DNA from: Lytechinus pictus | Taxonomy: Eukaryota | Length of the DNA stretch: 64,000 nt | Assembly (NCBI RefSeq): GCF_037042905.1 | Contig: NC_087245.1 | Coordinates: forward strand, 28,334,001 to 28,398,000 | Reading direction: 5' to 3' | In this document: positions 61,819 through 64,000 of the stretch, one piece after another | Layout of the letters: the number at the start of each line of letters is the position of its first letter | Position numbering within the stretch: position 1 is the first letter of the stretch | The notes under the pieces: generated by a model | Told to the model about the DNA's origin: nothing | The model's input: only the letters and a program-made list of their open reading frames with translations | The model's database searches: none | Made by a program: the position numbers and the translations under genes

Positions 61819-64000
61819 ACACTACTAGATAATTTTTACATAATTACTGAAAGAGAAAAGGAGAGAATGTGATATTATGGGTTGAGATATTTGAAGAGAG
61901 AGAGAGAGAGTGCGATATCAATAAATAGACACATGAGAGATTGGGAGTAGAAAGATCATTAATATAATTATATAGAGAGGAAGAGTGATGAATATATTAA
62001 AGAGTGAGAAAGAGATGGAAGGGGAAGGATGGGGTTGTTACTATAGCAATATAATGAGGTAAATTGTTACAGTATCTACCCCCGTCCCCATCGTCTCAAT
62101 GCTCAAGTGATTGGATCGACGGACATATATTCCTTAAAAACACATCTTAAAAACATGCTCATATCCCTCATCCTGATTATTGTTGTTAGCAACGCCTCCA
62201 TCATTTTTCTCCTCAATCAATCCCTTAGCCCCTGCTTGAGTTTAGGTTATCTTTAAAGAGATGGTCCAGGCTGAAAATATTTATATCTTAAAGGAGAATG
62301 AAACTCTTGGAGCAAGTTAGCTTTTGTGAAAGCAGAAAAATCAAAGAATAAGATCAACAAAAGTTTGAGTAAAATAGGACTAGCAATAGAAGAGTTATGA
62401 GCATTTGAATATCGAGATCACTAATGCTATGGAGATCCTCCAATTGGCAACGCAACCGAGATCTATGATATCACAGATGAACAACTCTCCCCTTTTGGAC
62501 ACTGAAAATATACCCCAAAACATCTCTTTTTGCTCTTTCTAATCATATGACAAACGATTCATCAATGATATAATGTTGTGAAATCTCTGTACTTGTCCTC
62601 TCATAAAGAGAACACCTCACCTTGTGATAGATTCTATAAAAGTGAGAATATAAGTGAAATAAGTACTAAAGCAATGAGGGAGTTGTACGTGTGTGACGTC
62701 ACAGATCTTGGTCGCGTTGCCAATGGGAGGATCTACATGGCATTAGTGATCTCAATATTCAAATACTCATATCTTTCTTATTATTCATTCAATCTTCCTC
62801 AAACTTTCAATGATATGTTTCTTTGATTTTTCTCTTTGATATGGATTCAGCTGGTTTCAAGGGTTTCATTCTCCTTTAATAACTAGTGTAGAATTCACTG
62901 AGCAAAATGCCGAAAATTCCATCATAATCGGATAACAAATAATAAAGTTATTGAAGTTTAAAGTTTAGCAATATTTTGTGAAAACAGTCGTCATGAATAT
63001 TCATTAGGAGGGCTGATGATGTCACACCTCCACTTTCCGTTTTCTTATGTTATTACATAAGATCTTATTTTTTTCATTATTTCATACTTGTGTGAATTAT
63101 ATGTCTCCCTTATAATGAAATAAGTTGCAGCAATAAATATATAATGCACTAAATCAGTTGTCAATCCAATTTTTCTAGTTCTTGGAGGAAAAAAACTGAA
63201 TAAACCTAATTTCATATAATAAAATACAAAAGAACAAGTGGGGATGCGACATCAACAGCCCACTTAATGAATATTCATGACGACTGTTTTCACAAAATAT
63301 TGCTAAACTTTAAAATTAAATAACTTTGTTATTTTTTTCCCGATTTTAAAGAAATTTTCAGCATTTTGCTGAGTGAATTCTACTCTATTTATTAAGCTAT
63401 AAATATTTTCAGCCTGGACCATCCCTTTAAGTTATTTTCCTTATTGGTTTACATTTTGTTGAATTTTCTTTTTTAGTCCCCCTATTGCTTTTAATCATAT
63501 TTTGTTTTTATTATCATATTGTATTTTGTTACTTTCACCAATATTGTACGTTTTTATGATTTAATTCATATGATTTTGTGCTTTTGTCATTACCATGTTT
63601 GATTGTGTATCAGCATTTGCTGATAGAGTGTTCCATCCCACTAGTGGAAAATAAATATATAAATAAATAGATAAAAATAAATGATATGAATGTAACTTAC
63701 ATCAAGTACATATCTCGAGGTGAGGTGAGTCATTGGCCGGTCTGCTTGGAGTTTGCCACGATGTTGTCGGAAAGAGTCCGCTCCCAGTACATGCCCGCCA
63801 GAAATTACATAGATTGCAGCTTTCTCCTCTAGGCCTATGTAGGGAAGTGTCTGGCGTATTTAATACCTTTTGGAAATAGATCACCCAGAGTGGAACAAGA
63901 TTTATAATCAGCATAGGGAATGTCAATGGTAATTGTACACAGTCTTGGCAGTTGGCTGAAAACTTTCTCGCTGGAACACTGAGTTGCATGGGTTTACACA
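61819..64000 (+). repeat. Sixth array unit: Trf 3' flank and spacer with no Trf gene
   Basis: Spacer sequence ...aaaatcgt joins directly to acactactagataatttttacataatt, which elsewhere lies just downstream of the Trf polyA region. Confidence 0.85.
62257..63426. mobile_element. TTAA MITE family B with nested TTAA MITE family C (62292-62875)
   Basis: Outer: TTAA|AGAGATGGTCCAGGCTGAAAATAT...ATATTTTCAGCCTGGACCATCCCT|TTAA. Inner: TTAA|AGGAGAATGAAAC...GTTTCATTCTCCT|TTAA. Confidence 0.88.

Overview
AT-rich, intron-containing animal DNA, almost certainly from a sea urchin. The species is not determinable here; the ~860-nt Trf introns suggest it is not S. purpuratus (inference). Left third (minus strand, ATG at 20985, running off the left edge): a multi-exon gene encoding a signal peptide plus at least 9 tandem HYR (hyalin-repeat) domains. 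All 11 visible exons splice in frame at GT-AG. Its introns are packed with MITEs, SINEs and a foldback/MULE-like element. Right two thirds (plus strand, head-to-head with the HYR gene): a tandem array of five intact two-exon Transformer (Trf, formerly 185/333) immune-effector genes plus a sixth, gene-less repeat unit. Trf is a known family. What stands out is that the array's turnover can be read from the sequence: (i) a near-perfect 8.57-kb tandem duplication whose middle gene is a 5'-gene3/3'-gene1 chimera; (ii) a deletion scar where a sixth gene was removed; (iii) in-frame element-type indels, an alternative stop codon and an RGD motif that changes position between paralogues; (iv) patchwork flanks; (v) one TTAA site hit independently by two MITE families; (vi) triple-nested hAT-type insertions upstream of gene 4. 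All comparisons were made by eye, and TE superfamily calls rest on TIR/TSD signatures only.
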